NCBI GenBank assembly: GCA_965198265.1
Contig: CBDAPB010000032.1
Location: 2,557 to 66,556 of the forward strand
Reading direction: 5' to 3'
Source of the DNA: Terriglobia bacterium
GTDB lineage: Bacteria; Acidobacteriota; Terriglobia; 20CM-2-55-15
DNA length: 64,000 bases
Part shown: piece after piece, positions 8,284 through 18,640 of the stretch
Numbering within the stretch: the first letter of the stretch is position 1
Layout of the letters: each line of letters opens with the position of its first letter
Made by a program: the position numbers and the translations under genes
Notes under the pieces: generated by a model
The model's input: only the letters and a program-made list of their open reading frames with translations
What the model was told of the DNA's origin: nothing
Database searches by the model: none

Positions 8284-10206
8284 CTATTTGGGAGGTGGTA
8301 GCGTTATGATCGCTCCCTCGAACGGCGCCACGCCGGCGCCCGGGCACCAGGCTCCGGTACCCCGGAAGTGGGTGTCGATACACCTGAACTCGGCGCCGAG
8401 GCTCAACATGTACTTCACGGTCTCTGGCATCGGCGAACGACGGTGGTATCCGGCTCCGCCGCCGCGGGCCATATCCACCGGCGTTTGGCCAAGCCGGCTG
8501 ACTGCGTTCAACTCGGCGCCCTTCGACAACAGGTAGTCGATGAGCTCGTGGTCGCCCCTGGCCGCCGCATAGTGAAGCGGCGTGTAGCCCCAGGAGTGGG
8601 GCACGCTGACGTCGGCGCCATGTTCCTCGACCAGGTATTTCACCGTGTTGAAGAAGTTGTTGGGCACCTGGCGCATGTCGACGGCGACGAACCCGAGCCA
8701 ACCGCCCCCCGCCGCGGCGTGTATTGGATACATGTTGGCCGTGCCCTTAGGAAACGGCGGCAACCCGGAATCATCCCCGCTTCGCCCGTCCTCCTGCCGC
8801 GAACCCCTCATGCCGACCTCGTCCCATCGGGTCGGAGTGTTCGCATCGGCACCGTAGGACGCCAGCAACTTCATCGCCTCGATGTCCAGCGCGAAGGCGG
8901 CCCGCCAGAACGGGGTGAGACCGTTGACGTCGAGCCCGACGCGCCCGACGACGAATTCCCAGTACCACAGGTGTCTCGTGGTCGCCACGTTCGGGTCGGC
9001 GCCCGCCTCCAGCAGTGCTCGCAGCACGTCCATGTAGCCGCTCTTCTGGTACTCGTGCGCCCGGGGCACCGGGTAACTGGTAAAGTTCGCCCACTGGGTC
9101 TGCAACACACCTAAGAGCGGTGCGACCCGGTCGGTGTGTGTGGCGAGGTTCGGATCCGCGCCGCGCTCGATCAGCACCAGCGCCAGGTCGAAGTGACCGT
9201 TCTGCACGGCACTAACGAGGGGACTGCTTCCGTCGCCGCCGCTGATCTGGTTGATGTCGGCTCCAGCGTCCAGGAGAACCTCCGCCACTGCGATGTGGCC
9301 TTCGCGGGCCGCGTGCAGCAACGCCGTCAACCCACCCGTCTTCCCGACCAGGGTCTCAAACCACGGTCGTGCCAGGTACTCGACTTCGGTCGCCCTGTAC
9401 TTTCGGCGGTTCGCCACATCGTCGGGATGGAAGTCCACGAGCAACTTCTCGGTCGCCTCATCCGAGCGCAGGAACTCGCGCTGGGCGGCGATGGCCGCCT
9501 GCGCCTCCGTGGCGGTCAAAACCCCGTCCTCTCCCTCGGGAGAGCTCTCGAGGATCTCCTTCTGCGCCTCCTGGAGGCGTGCCTGCGCAGCCTGGTCGAT
9601 GACCATTCTCTTCAACACATCGACGACTTCGGTGCGGATCGCCGTATCCGCGCCGTGACCGAGGAGTTCGCGGACCGACGCGGTGCGGCCGAACGACGCG
9701 GCAAACATCAACGGCGTCTGTCGGGCCGCGGCCTCCAGGGCATTCACGCTCGCGCCGTGCTCCAGCAGCACCCGAACCGTGCTCTCGCCCTCGAACGCTT
9801 TCGCGGCGAGGTGGAGCGGCGTCACGCCGCTGGCCGTCGTCACCACGTTCGGGTCGGCACCGGCCTTGATGAGCGCGCCGACGAGAGAGGACTTGCCAGC
9901 GCCGCTGGCGAGGTGGATCGGAGTGTAGCCGCCGAGGCGCGTCGTCGCCCCGACCTCGGCCCCGGCACCGATCAAAAGCCTGGCGATCTCGAGGTTCCCC
10001 GCCTCCGCCGCCATGTGCAGCGCGGTCAAACCGTCCCCCCGGGCCGCGTTCGGATTCGCGCCGTCGGCCAGAAGCGACCGGACGGCCGCCACGTCACCCC
10101 GCTTCGTCGCGTCCAGGAGCGGCAAGTCGGCCGCCGCAGCGGTCCCGGTCAGCAGCGCGATTGCGAGGACCGCCGCCCTCAGGCACGTCCCTCTTCCTGG
10201 ATTCAT
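8284..10206 (-). CDS. secreted ankyrin-repeat protein (copy 2, 640 aa)
   Basis: Same architecture as copy 1. Its start overlaps the DUF1552 stop (ATGA), so it is co-transcribed with the PSCyt pair. Confidence 0.8.
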   Translation of the reverse strand: MNPGRGTCLRAAVLAIALLTGTAAAADLPLLDATKRGDVAAVRSLLADGANPNAARGDGLTALHMAAEAGNLEIARLLIGAGAEVGATTRLGGYTPIHLASGAGKSSLVGALIKAGADPNVVTTASGVTPLHLAAKAFEGESTVRVLLEHGASVNALEAAARQTPLMFAASFGRTASVRELLGHGADTAIRTEVVDVLKRMVIDQAAQARLQEAQKEILESSPEGEDGVLTATEAQAAIAAQREFLRSDEATEKLLVDFHPDDVANRRKYRATEVEYLARPWFETLVGKTGGLTALLHAAREGHIAVAEVLLDAGADINQISGGDGSSPLVSAVQNGHFDLALVLIERGADPNLATHTDRVAPLLGVLQTQWANFTSYPVPRAHEYQKSGYMDVLRALLEAGADPNVATTRHLWYWEFVVGRVGLDVNGLTPFWRAAFALDIEAMKLLASYGADANTPTRWDEVGMRGSRQEDGRSGDDSGLPPFPKGTANMYPIHAAAGGGWLGFVAVDMRQVPNNFFNTVKYLVEEHGADVSVPHSWGYTPLHYAAARGDHELIDYLLSKGAELNAVSRLGQTPVDMARGGGAGYHRRSPMPETVKYMLSLGAEFRCIDTHFRGTGAWCPGAGVAPFEGAIITLPPPK

Positions 10207-11618
10207 GCCGCCCCCCTCGAATCCACCGACTCCCCGGGGAAGGTCACCGGGAACTCGCCCGTGCTGTCACCGAAGAACTCCATGTCGTCGTGTCCCATTC
10301 GATGCATCAGGGTCAGGAAGGCATTCGCCATCGGCGTCCCCCTCTCAGCCCTCAGGTGGAGGTTGCCCTCCAGCGCTCCGTTCGCGTGCCCCATCATCAG
10401 CAGCGGGCAGCGAATGTTGTTGTGGGGGTTCCCGTCCCCCATCGCCGAACCCCAGACGATGGCGGTCTTGTCCAGCAGGGAAGCGTCACCCTCCATCGTG
10501 TTCTTCAGCTTTTCTAGGAAGTACGCGAACTGACCCAGGCGGTACCGGTTGATCATGAGGTAGGCCATGATGCCATCGGGCGTGTTTCCGTGGTGCGACG
10601 CCGAGTGCCATGGTTTGTTCGTGCCGCTCTCGGGGAAGGTCATGCTCGAGCGGTCGGCTCCCGGCTTGAAGGTGATCACCCGCGTGAGGTCCGCCTGGAA
10701 CGCCACCAGCTGGAGGTCGAACATCAACTGCATGTGATCCTCCCACCGGTCGGGAACGCCTGAGGGCGCCTCCGGCATCGCCCGCTCCTCGCCGCTGTTG
10801 TTCTGCGCCTCGACCAGCTGGATCCTCCGCTCCATCTCGCGGATGTGGGTCGTGTACTGGTCCAGGGCCCGACGGTCGGTCGCACCCAGCTCCCTCTTCA
10901 GATCGGCCAGCTTCGTCCCGACCCAGTCGAGCAGGCTCCCGGTCGTCTGCCGCCGGGCGGCACGGTCCGCGGCCGAGTCACCGACGCCGAAGAGCTGCTC
11001 GAACACGGTCCTCGGATCGGCGATCGGCTGAAGCGGTTCGGTGGGACCCGCCCAGGCGATCGTCGTCCCGTACGCGCAGTGGTAGCTGTATTCGCAACCG
11101 CCGGGTCCCCCCAGCTCGGTCGTCAGCTCCAGCGAGGGCAACACCGTGTCCTGTCCGAAGCGGTCCGCATGGTACTGGTCCAGCGACTTCCCGAGGTAGA
11201 CAGCGCCCGACTTGCGCAGCGGATGGGCCTGGGTCAGGAACACCGCGGACGCGCGATCGTGGCCGCCGCCGATCTCGTCGGGCGTCAGGGAACTCGCCAT
11301 TCGGACGTCGGTATCGCTGATGACCGTCAGGTAGTCCCGGAACGACTCGAGGGGCTTCAGATGGCTGTCATCTATGAACTCGAAGTCGCGGCCGACCTTC
11401 GCTGGTGCGAAGAAGTGCCGCTCGTCACCCCACTCGTTGCTGCCCGCGCACCCCATCGACTCCTCGACGCCGATCAAGCGCGTGAACTTCTCCGCCGCGG
11501 GGTCTTGCCAGGCTCGGGCGGCCGGTACCATCGACTCCATGAACGGCAGCGCCACCATGACGCCGGCGCCCCTGAGAAAGGTCCGTCGGGGTATGTATTT
11601 TCCAGTGATGTAGGACAT
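10203..11618 (-). CDS. DUF1552-type protein with twin-arginine signal (partner of PSCyt/DUF1592 proteins)
   Basis: The N-terminus RRTFLRGAGVMVALPFMESM is a Tat-type signal. Its size (471 aa) and position directly downstream of a DUF1592-type gene match the conserved pair known from Planctomycetes and Acidobacteria. The family assignment is from memory, not from a search. Confidence 0.65.
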   Translation of the reverse strand: MSYITGKYIPRRTFLRGAGVMVALPFMESMVPAARAWQDPAAEKFTRLIGVEESMGCAGSNEWGDERHFFAPAKVGRDFEFIDDSHLKPLESFRDYLTVISDTDVRMASSLTPDEIGGGHDRASAVFLTQAHPLRKSGAVYLGKSLDQYHADRFGQDTVLPSLELTTELGGPGGCEYSYHCAYGTTIAWAGPTEPLQPIADPRTVFEQLFGVGDSAADRAARRQTTGSLLDWVGTKLADLKRELGATDRRALDQYTTHIREMERRIQLVEAQNNSGEERAMPEAPSGVPDRWEDHMQLMFDLQLVAFQADLTRVITFKPGADRSSMTFPESGTNKPWHSASHHGNTPDGIMAYLMINRYRLGQFAYFLEKLKNTMEGDASLLDKTAIVWGSAMGDGNPHNNIRCPLLMMGHANGALEGNLHLRAERGTPMANAFLTLMHRMGHDDMEFFGDSTGEFPVTFPGESVDSRGAA

Positions 11619-11651
11619 AGTCTGAGTCTCCTCAACGCTTGGGTGATGTGT

Positions 11652-14123
11652 TTAATTGCGGGCCGCTCGGTCCTCGGTCCCGGCCGGCTCCATTCGTTTC
11701 ATCTGGAATGCGTCGCTCTTCACCACTCCCAGGATGAAAGACGACATGTGATATTCGTTGGCTTCAGCCTCTCGGGTGATCGCGCGAATCGTCGGGTGGT
11801 CGAAGTACTCCACGGGCCGGCCGAGCGAATATGACAACAGGTTTTCCGTGAAGTGCCGCACGAGCGGGATCGGACGCGCGAGGAGCGCGCCGACGAGCTC
11901 GCCGGGCGTTCCGATCGGCGTACCGTCGTAGAAGTCGCCGCTCGTGTCGAGCGGTACCATGTTCTCACGGACCCGCCACCTCCCGGTGGCGTCGAAGCTG
12001 TCGAGCGCCAGGCCGATCGGGTCCATGAAGCGGTGGCAGGAGTTACACGCCGGGTTCTCGCGGTGTGCCTCCATCCGCTCGCGGGTGTTCAGAGGGCGGC
12101 CTTCTGCGACCGCCGGAGTATCCTCGAAAGCCGGCACGTTCTCCGGAGGCGGAGGCGGAGGCGACCCTAAGAGCACTTCCAGGACCCACTTGCCCCGCAG
12201 CACCGGGGACGTCCGGTCCGCCATGGAGGTCAGGTGCAGCACGCTCCCGTGGCTGAGAACGCCCCGCCGCCGTTCGTCCGGGTAGGCGACGCGGCGGAAT
12301 TCATCTCCGTAGATCCCCTCGATTCCGTAGTGCTGGGCCACACGCTCGTTGAGGAAGGTGTGGTCGGCGTCGAAGAGCTCGAACAGGGGCCGGTCCTCCT
12401 CGACCAGGTACTGGAAGAGCAGCTCGGTCTCCCGCACCAACGCGTCGGCGAGCTGTCCGGTGAAATCCGGAAAGAGATACGCTTGCGGCCAGATCTCCCC
12501 GACGTCCTCCAGCCTCAACCACTGATGCGCGAAACGGGTGGCCAGCGTCTCGGACCGGGGATCGGCGAGCATCCGCTCGACCTGCTGCTCGAGGACGGCA
12601 GGATTCGAAAGCCGGCCGCTCTCGGCGATCTCGAGAAGTTCCTCGTCCGGGACCGTGGCCCAGAGGAAGAAGGAGAGCCGCGTCGCGAGCTCGACGTCGC
12701 TCAGTCGATAGCTCTCACCCGGCCGGGCGCTCGCGGGCGCCCGCTCCAGGCGGAACAGGAACTCCGGCGATACGAGGATCGACTGCAAACCCTGCCGCAC
12801 TCCCAGTTCGAATCCTTCCTCAGCAGCCCCTTCGTCGTAGAAGTACAGCACGTCCGCCACGTCCTGCGGTGTCACCGGTCGCCGGTACGCCTGGGTCGCC
12901 AGCTCCGTGAGAATCGACTCGGCGCAGGGCCGCTCCTCGACAGGCGACGTCGGGCGGCAGGTGAAAATCTTCTGGCGACTCGCTGTCTCGGACACTCCCG
13001 ACACATTGCTGGGGCCGATGATCCACAGCTCGCTGAGGTGAGTCAGCCCGGTGATTCCGTACTGCTGGCTCGTAATTGGATGGGTGGCCGACCACCTCAC
13101 AGGACTGAACCGATCCTCGTACGGACCGTCGATGAGGTTGACGAACGCCGCCGCCACGCTGTGCTGGCCCGCACGGACGAAGATCGGCTCGGTCTGGATG
13201 CCGACCCGCGCCTCCAGGTCGGCCAGCAAAATGCCGACGTCATCACGCTTGCGCCCCCCTGCGTTGTGTTCGAGCATCAACAGGGCAACCCCCTCGCCGT
13301 CGATGGAAATGTCAAGATCCTCTACAGCCGTCTGATTCCCACTCCCCTGTTTGGTCTTCACCTGGAAGACGTATTCTCCGTCCGCGGGGAAGTCGTGCGT
13401 CACCACGATGCCACCCCTCGTCCCGAACGGCGCGCCTTCGAGCCGATCCCAGGCGTGCTGGGAAACCCGCTCCGGGTTCACGTGCTTGGTCGTGGCGGAG
13501 GCGGCCTCGGGGTTCCCGACAGCCAGCCGCGCAACCTCGGCGGCAGCTCTCAGAAACGAATCCAGGACCGTCGGCGAGAACGGCTGGGCGGCCGACTGGT
13601 TGTCGAAGGCGCCCATTAAAAGGTCGGCGGGGAGCCACTTCCCCGCATCCACATCCAGAGCCACCAGGTCGTGGATCACGCGCTCGTATTCGGCGCGACT
13701 GAGCCGCTGGAACCGATGCGCTCCTGGATCGGGAGCGGCCCGGGCCGCCTCGTCGAGGTTCGACTCCAGGGTCTCCACCAGCGCCAGGAGGGTGTCATCT
13801 GCGGGACGGCTCATGCCGGCAGGCGGCATCATCCCCAGCCGCAGCTTGGCGATCATCTTCTCGGCCAGCTCGGCGCTTTCCTCGACATGCGTGAAGTCCA
13901 GACCGGACATGGTCATGTTGCCGGCCATCTCGACGTCGTCGTGACAGTAAACACAATACTGGTCGACGATCGCCTGTTGGGACTCGGGGGACAACGGAAC
14001 GTCGTTCGCGCTGACCATGCCGACAGCGCTGTCTGTCGCCTGCTGTCCGGCAAGATTGATACCCGCCATGACGAGCAGACACAGGAATACTGCAGCCAGG
14101 GTGAAAGTGCCGCGTCTTATCAT
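11652..14123 (-). CDS. PSCyt / DUF1592-DUF1595-DUF1587-type protein with an N-terminal heme CxxCH motif
   Basis: The 823-aa protein has a signal peptide and the CVYCH heme-binding motif near the N-terminus. The architecture and the pairing with DUF1552 are typical of the Planctomycete-cytochrome-C family. Confidence 0.65.
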   Translation of the reverse strand: MIRRGTFTLAAVFLCLLVMAGINLAGQQATDSAVGMVSANDVPLSPESQQAIVDQYCVYCHDDVEMAGNMTMSGLDFTHVEESAELAEKMIAKLRLGMMPPAGMSRPADDTLLALVETLESNLDEAARAAPDPGAHRFQRLSRAEYERVIHDLVALDVDAGKWLPADLLMGAFDNQSAAQPFSPTVLDSFLRAAAEVARLAVGNPEAASATTKHVNPERVSQHAWDRLEGAPFGTRGGIVVTHDFPADGEYVFQVKTKQGSGNQTAVEDLDISIDGEGVALLMLEHNAGGRKRDDVGILLADLEARVGIQTEPIFVRAGQHSVAAAFVNLIDGPYEDRFSPVRWSATHPITSQQYGITGLTHLSELWIIGPSNVSGVSETASRQKIFTCRPTSPVEERPCAESILTELATQAYRRPVTPQDVADVLYFYDEGAAEEGFELGVRQGLQSILVSPEFLFRLERAPASARPGESYRLSDVELATRLSFFLWATVPDEELLEIAESGRLSNPAVLEQQVERMLADPRSETLATRFAHQWLRLEDVGEIWPQAYLFPDFTGQLADALVRETELLFQYLVEEDRPLFELFDADHTFLNERVAQHYGIEGIYGDEFRRVAYPDERRRGVLSHGSVLHLTSMADRTSPVLRGKWVLEVLLGSPPPPPPENVPAFEDTPAVAEGRPLNTRERMEAHRENPACNSCHRFMDPIGLALDSFDATGRWRVRENMVPLDTSGDFYDGTPIGTPGELVGALLARPIPLVRHFTENLLSYSLGRPVEYFDHPTIRAITREAEANEYHMSSFILGVVKSDAFQMKRMEPAGTEDRAARN

Positions 14124-14388
14124 TATTAGGTCGGCCTCCCTCAGATTCAGAGGTTCTTAGGGGATCGAAGATAAAGTCCGAGATCCTCTGCGTTTTTATC
14201 ACCATACGGCAGGTTGAGCAAGCAGAATCCGTACCCGTTTCCCTACACGGGGCGGTATTCGGGGATAGCAATTGTGACGGCGCCCTGATCCTTGAACGAG
14301 CCTTGAAGGAATCGAACCTTCAACCTGGTGATTACGAATGGGTTCTTGCTGACGACGCTCTTCCTGCTCCTGGAGAAAAACAGAGGCC

Positions 14389-15573
14389 TCAATTGACGTT
14401 CTCGACCGCCAGCGCGATTCCCATTCCACCGCTGATACAGAGAGTCGCCAGTCCGTAACGCGCGTCTCTTCGCCGCATTTCGTGGAGAAGCGTGGTCGTG
14501 ATCCGGGTTCCCGTACAACCGATCGGGTGGCCGAGAGCGATGGCGCCGCCATTGACGTTCAGTTTTTCAGGATCGACTGCCACCTCACGCAGGCAGGCGA
14601 GGACCTGGGCGGCGAAGGCCTCGTTGAGTTCGACCAGGTCGAAGTCGTCCAGTGACATGCCGGTCTTCGCCAGCAGTTTGTGGATCGCCGGAACGGGACC
14701 GATCCCCATGATCTTCGGGTCGACACCGGCGATGGCATAGTCGACAATCCGCGCCAGCGGTTCGAGGTCCCGCTTCTTCATTTCGTCTTCGGACACGAGT
14801 ACGGTAGCAGCGGCGCCATCGGTGATTCCGGACGAGTTCGCGGCCGTCACCGTGCCTTCCTTCGAGAAGACCGGCTTCAGTTTCGCCATGCCTTCAACGC
14901 TCGCGTCGGCCCGAATGTGCTCGTCGGCCTCGAACAGCAGGGTCTCGCCCCGCTTCTTCGGAACCGTCACCGGCGCGATTTCGGCGCCGAACCGTCCCGA
15001 TTGGCGCGCCTTACCGGCTCGGCTCTGGCTTCGGAGTGCGAACTCGTCCTGCTCCGCCCTCGAAATTTCATGGATTTCGGCGAGCTTCTCGGCCGTCCCC
15101 CCCATCACCATGTCGGCCAGTGGACACATAAATCCATCACGGTACATCCCGTCGACGAAATCCTGGTGACCCAACCGCAGACCCCAGCGCGCATTCTCGA
15201 CCAGATAGGGCACGCGGCTCATCGACTCCGTGCCTCCTGCAACGACGATACCGGCGTTTCCGAGCATGATCTCCTGGTAGCCCAGGATGATCGACTTCAG
15301 GCCCGAGCCGCAGGCCTGGTTCACCGTGTAGGCGGGCACTTCCTCCGGAATGGCGGAACGAACGCCGATCTGCCTGGCGGGGTTGGGGCCGTTGCCGGCC
15401 TGGCGGGCCTGCCCGATGATCACCTCCTCGACGTCCGAGGCTTCAACGCCTGCCTTCTCGAGCGCTGCCCCAGTGGCGACGATTCCCAGATCCACGGCGG
15501 TCATTCCGGCCAGGGTGCCGCCGAATCTCCCGATCGGGGTCCGCTGGGCAGACGCGATGTAAACGGATTTCAT
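14389..15573 (-). CDS. acetyl-CoA C-acetyltransferase (thiolase II)
   Basis: Thiolase signatures are present ([10 protein letters not shown], the C-terminal [11 protein letters not shown]... and CISGGMG). Confidence 0.9.
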   Translation of the reverse strand: MKSVYIASAQRTPIGRFGGTLAGMTAVDLGIVATGAALEKAGVEASDVEEVIIGQARQAGNGPNPARQIGVRSAIPEEVPAYTVNQACGSGLKSIILGYQEIMLGNAGIVVAGGTESMSRVPYLVENARWGLRLGHQDFVDGMYRDGFMCPLADMVMGGTAEKLAEIHEISRAEQDEFALRSQSRAGKARQSGRFGAEIAPVTVPKKRGETLLFEADEHIRADASVEGMAKLKPVFSKEGTVTAANSSGITDGAAATVLVSEDEMKKRDLEPLARIVDYAIAGVDPKIMGIGPVPAIHKLLAKTGMSLDDFDLVELNEAFAAQVLACLREVAVDPEKLNVNGGAIALGHPIGCTGTRITTTLLHEMRRRDARYGLATLCISGGMGIALAVENVN

Positions 15574-15838
15574 AGCGTTACCTGTCAGTTAAGAGTTTGG
15601 GGCTTTGTCCAACAAATAATGATGTTGGATTTCCGAGGCCGATTCAACGAATCAATTCCAAGGCCGTCCAATATGGGAGCGGGACCGTCGAAACCGCGAG
15701 CGTTCGACCTCTATTGTCACGAAACAGACCCGGATGCTCTTAAGCGGTTCAAAGATCAGGCCGGTAGAACTTGCGACACCGGCTGCGGTCAGGTAGGCTG
15801 TTCACATATCTATCGCGCAATCCCGCAGGAGAGGAAAC

Positions 15839-16885
15839 ATGAAACTGAAACGACTCACTGCAGCCGTCGCGCTGATTCTGTTGGCAGTCGGCTTCTCCGT
15901 GGCCCAGGGCCCGAAGAAGACCGTGGGCCGGAACGTCCCGCTGCCTCCGATTTCCGAGGAGGAAGACAAGAAGCCACCGCGCGAACTGGGTGAGGACGAT
16001 CAGTTTGCCTTGTCGATCGACGTCGACCTGGTGCAATTCGACGTCGTCGTCACCGACGGACGAGGAAACCCGGTTTCCGGTCTCGTGAAAGAACACTTCA
16101 CGATCACCGAGGACAAGGTCGAGCAGACGATCACGAACTTCAGCCCGACCGATGCCCCGATGACCGTCGTTCTGTTGATCGAATTCGGCGACACGTTCGG
16201 CTACTACTACGACGATGTCGTGCGCCCCGCCGCCGGTTTCATCAACTCCCTGCGAGAGGAAGACTGGGCCGCGATCGTCGCCTACGACATCCGTCCGGAG
16301 ATACTGGCCGACTTCACCCAGAATCGGGACCAGCTCTTCGGCGGACTGCGCCGTCTGAGGTATCCGGCCTATCGCGAAACCTCACTCTATGACGCTGTCG
16401 CATTCACGCTGGAGCGCATGGAAAACATCGACGGGAAAAAGGCGATCTTCCTCCTGAGTACGGGTTTCGATACGATCAGCAAGCACAACTACGGCGAGGT
16501 CCTCAAGATGGCCGAGGGCTCCGACACGATGATCTACTCGGTCGGGATGGCCCAGTTGTTCCGAACCATGTATGAAGACCGGATGGGCGGGCTCGCGAGA
16601 ATATCGTTCCTGCAGGCGGAGAATGTCCTTCGTTCACTCGCCAACGCCAGCGGCGGCACCTACTTCTTCCCGAGATTCCAAGGCGAATACCGCGGTATCT
16701 ACGAAACGGTCAGCGCCAACATGCGCAACCAGTACAGCCTTGGGTTTGTGCCGACGAACCAGGAAAAGGACGGAAAGCTTCACAAGATCAAAGTCGAAGT
16801 TCCGCGCCTGGACGTCAACGGCGACGGCAAGCCGGACAAGTTGAAAGTGCGGCACAAGAAGGGATATTACGCGAGAACGAACTAG
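15839..16885 (+). CDS. secreted VWA-domain protein (TIGR03436-like 'VWFA-related Acidobacterial domain')
   Basis: It has a signal peptide, the pattern DVDLVQFDVVVTDGRGNPVSGL and a VWA-like core. The ATG is preceded by a good SD (gcaggagaggaaac). Confidence 0.7.
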   Translation: MKLKRLTAAVALILLAVGFSVAQGPKKTVGRNVPLPPISEEEDKKPPRELGEDDQFALSIDVDLVQFDVVVTDGRGNPVSGLVKEHFTITEDKVEQTITNFSPTDAPMTVVLLIEFGDTFGYYYDDVVRPAAGFINSLREEDWAAIVAYDIRPEILADFTQNRDQLFGGLRRLRYPAYRETSLYDAVAFTLERMENIDGKKAIFLLSTGFDTISKHNYGEVLKMAEGSDTMIYSVGMAQLFRTMYEDRMGGLARISFLQAENVLRSLANASGGTYFFPRFQGEYRGIYETVSANMRNQYSLGFVPTNQEKDGKLHKIKVEVPRLDVNGDGKPDKLKVRHKKGYYARTN

Positions 16886-16902
16886 GCAGCGTTGCTGCCT
16901 AG
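16882..16902 (+). terminator. hairpin CTAGGCAGC-gtt-GCTGCCTAG overlapping the VWA stop codon
   Basis: A perfect 9-bp stem is present, but an IS1380-like element is inserted directly after it where a U-tract would be expected. Confidence 0.3.
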
Positions 16903-18640
16903 CCCGCATATTTCACCAATAGGACCAGAAAAGGCCGCCCTGTCTGGCATAAAGCGTTTTGGAATAAACGTTTAACAAGCCAAACGGAGACGGCCCTGAT
17001 GAGAACAGAGTGTAACCAAGTCACGTTCGAATTTCACGGACTTCTTCAACGAAAAGTGAAGGCGCGTTTTGACGGCGGAAAGATCACCTCCGACGCTGGG
17101 GTTCTGCTGTTGCGGGAAGTGGAAAAGCGAACCGGGTTGATCGACGGACTGGCCCAGTGTTTTACCGATCACCGGGACCAGGGGTTGATCGAACACACGG
17201 TAAAGGAATTGTTGGGGCAGCGTGTCTATGGGCTCTGTTTGGGATATGAAGACCTGAACGATCACGACCAGCTGCGGACCGATCCGATGCTGGCCGTGGC
17301 AGTGGAGAAGGCCGATCCTTTGGGAGAGAGCCGACGCCAGGCCGGGGACCGGGGAAAGGCGCTGGCGGGCAAGTGTACGCTCAACCGGCTGGAGCTGAGC
17401 GGGGCTGAGGCCGATGGCCAGGAGCGGTACAAGAAGATCGTCATGGATGAGGACCGGATCGGGAGCTGGATGGTCGATGCGTTTCTGGCCGCCCACGACA
17501 CGGCACCGGAAGAGATTGTTCTGGACATGGACGCGACCGATGATCCGATCCATGGTCAACAGGAAGGCCGGTTCTTTCACGGCTACTACCGCCGCTATTG
17601 CTATCTGCCTTTGTACATCTTCTGTGGCGGACATCTGTTGTGCGCCCGTCTGCGCCGATCCAATATCGATGGTGCCGATGGAGCGGTGGATGAGTTGAAA
17701 CGTATCATCGGCCAGATCCGTCACGGCTGGCCGGAAGTGAGGATCATCATCCGGGCCGATTCCGGCTTTTGCCGGGATGAATTACTCCGTTGGTGTGAGG
17801 CCCATCAGCTCGATTACGTGATCGGGTTGGCCAAGAACGACCGTCTCAAGCGAGAGATTGCGGAAGAAATGACTCAGGCCGAAGGGGAGTTTAACACCAC
17901 CGGAAAACCGGCGCGGGTGTTTAAGGATTTCCAGTACCGGACCCTGAAGAGCTGGAGCTGCACCCGACGCGTCGTTGCCAAGGCCGAGTTCCTGGACAAG
18001 GGTGCCAATCCTCGATTCGTGGTGACCTCATTACCGACAAAACGCCTCGCCGCCCAAGCTCTCTATGAAGATTTCTACTGCGCTCGCGGTGACATGGAGA
18101 ACCGCATCAAGGAACAACAACTGGATCTGTTTGCCGACCGCACCAGCGCGGCGACGATGCGTGCCAATCAGCTCCGGCTGTATCTATCCTCAGCCGCTTA
18201 CATGCTCATGCATGCACTGCGTCGTCTCGGGCTCAAGGATACCCCGCTGGCCCGCGCTCAATGCCAGACCATCCGCCTGAAGCTTCTCAAGATCGGCGCT
18301 CGCATCCGCCTGACGGTCCGCAACGTCTGGCTCTCGATGTCGGAGGCCTATCCCTACGCCGAAGTCTTTGCGACCATCCTTCGCAACCTGCAGTCGATTC
18401 CTCTGCGGTGCTGACACAGGACCCCGATCCACGGCTCTAAAATAGACTTGTTTCTTTCTCCGACGGAGAGCTCTGCCTGACTACCTTATCCAGGCTTCCT
18501 TCAAACCCCAGAAACAAACCCACTCATGGCCAGCGACACCCTGATTGTCCCCATCCGTGCCTTACCGGAACCCAGACTCTCCCAACGCCCACTCTTCCGC
18601 ACGAAAACGCGCTTCATTCACGATTGGTGAAATATGCGGG
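16903..18640 (+). mobile_element. IS1380-family-like insertion sequence, 1738 bp, with 4-bp CTAG target duplication
   Basis: CCCGCATATTTCACCAAT at 16903-16920 is the perfect reverse complement of 18623-18640. CTAG occurs at 16899-16902 and again at 18641-18644. Confidence 0.8.
16999..18414 (+). CDS. IS1380-family DDE transposase
   Basis: The 471-aa protein carries the C-terminal motif YCARGDMENRIKEQQ and other IS1380-type blocks. Confidence 0.8.
   Translation: MRTECNQVTFEFHGLLQRKVKARFDGGKITSDAGVLLLREVEKRTGLIDGLAQCFTDHRDQGLIEHTVKELLGQRVYGLCLGYEDLNDHDQLRTDPMLAVAVEKADPLGESRRQAGDRGKALAGKCTLNRLELSGAEADGQERYKKIVMDEDRIGSWMVDAFLAAHDTAPEEIVLDMDATDDPIHGQQEGRFFHGYYRRYCYLPLYIFCGGHLLCARLRRSNIDGADGAVDELKRIIGQIRHGWPEVRIIIRADSGFCRDELLRWCEAHQLDYVIGLAKNDRLKREIAEEMTQAEGEFNTTGKPARVFKDFQYRTLKSWSCTRRVVAKAEFLDKGANPRFVVTSLPTKRLAAQALYEDFYCARGDMENRIKEQQLDLFADRTSAATMRANQLRLYLSSAAYMLMHALRRLGLKDTPLARAQCQTIRLKLLKIGARIRLTVRNVWLSMSEAYPYAEVFATILRNLQSIPLRC

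Larger units (their letters stand above)
6126..10300. repeat. tandem direct duplication, 2 x 2059 bp (6126-8184 and 8242-10300), separated by a unique 57-bp junction
   Basis: The two units are near-identical at the nucleotide level by alignment of the printed sequence. Each contains an ankyrin gene plus the last 94 bp of the DUF1552 gene. Confidence 0.85.

Noticed and set aside
7020-10533. Plus-strand ORFs of 429 and 465 aa opposite the two ankyrin genes
   Set aside because: They are antisense to well-supported ankyrin-repeat genes with signal peptides, Arg/Gly/Pro-rich, and duplicated only because the underlying DNA is duplicated.
14290-14330. Complete tRNA gene between thiolase and PSCyt
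   Set aside because: Only the T-arm and 3' acceptor strand are present, with no complementary 5' acceptor strand, D-arm or anticodon arm. Reported as a remnant only.
12234-15993. Plus-strand ORFs 12234..13619 and 14680..15993
   Set aside because: They are antisense to the PSCyt gene and to thiolase, respectively.
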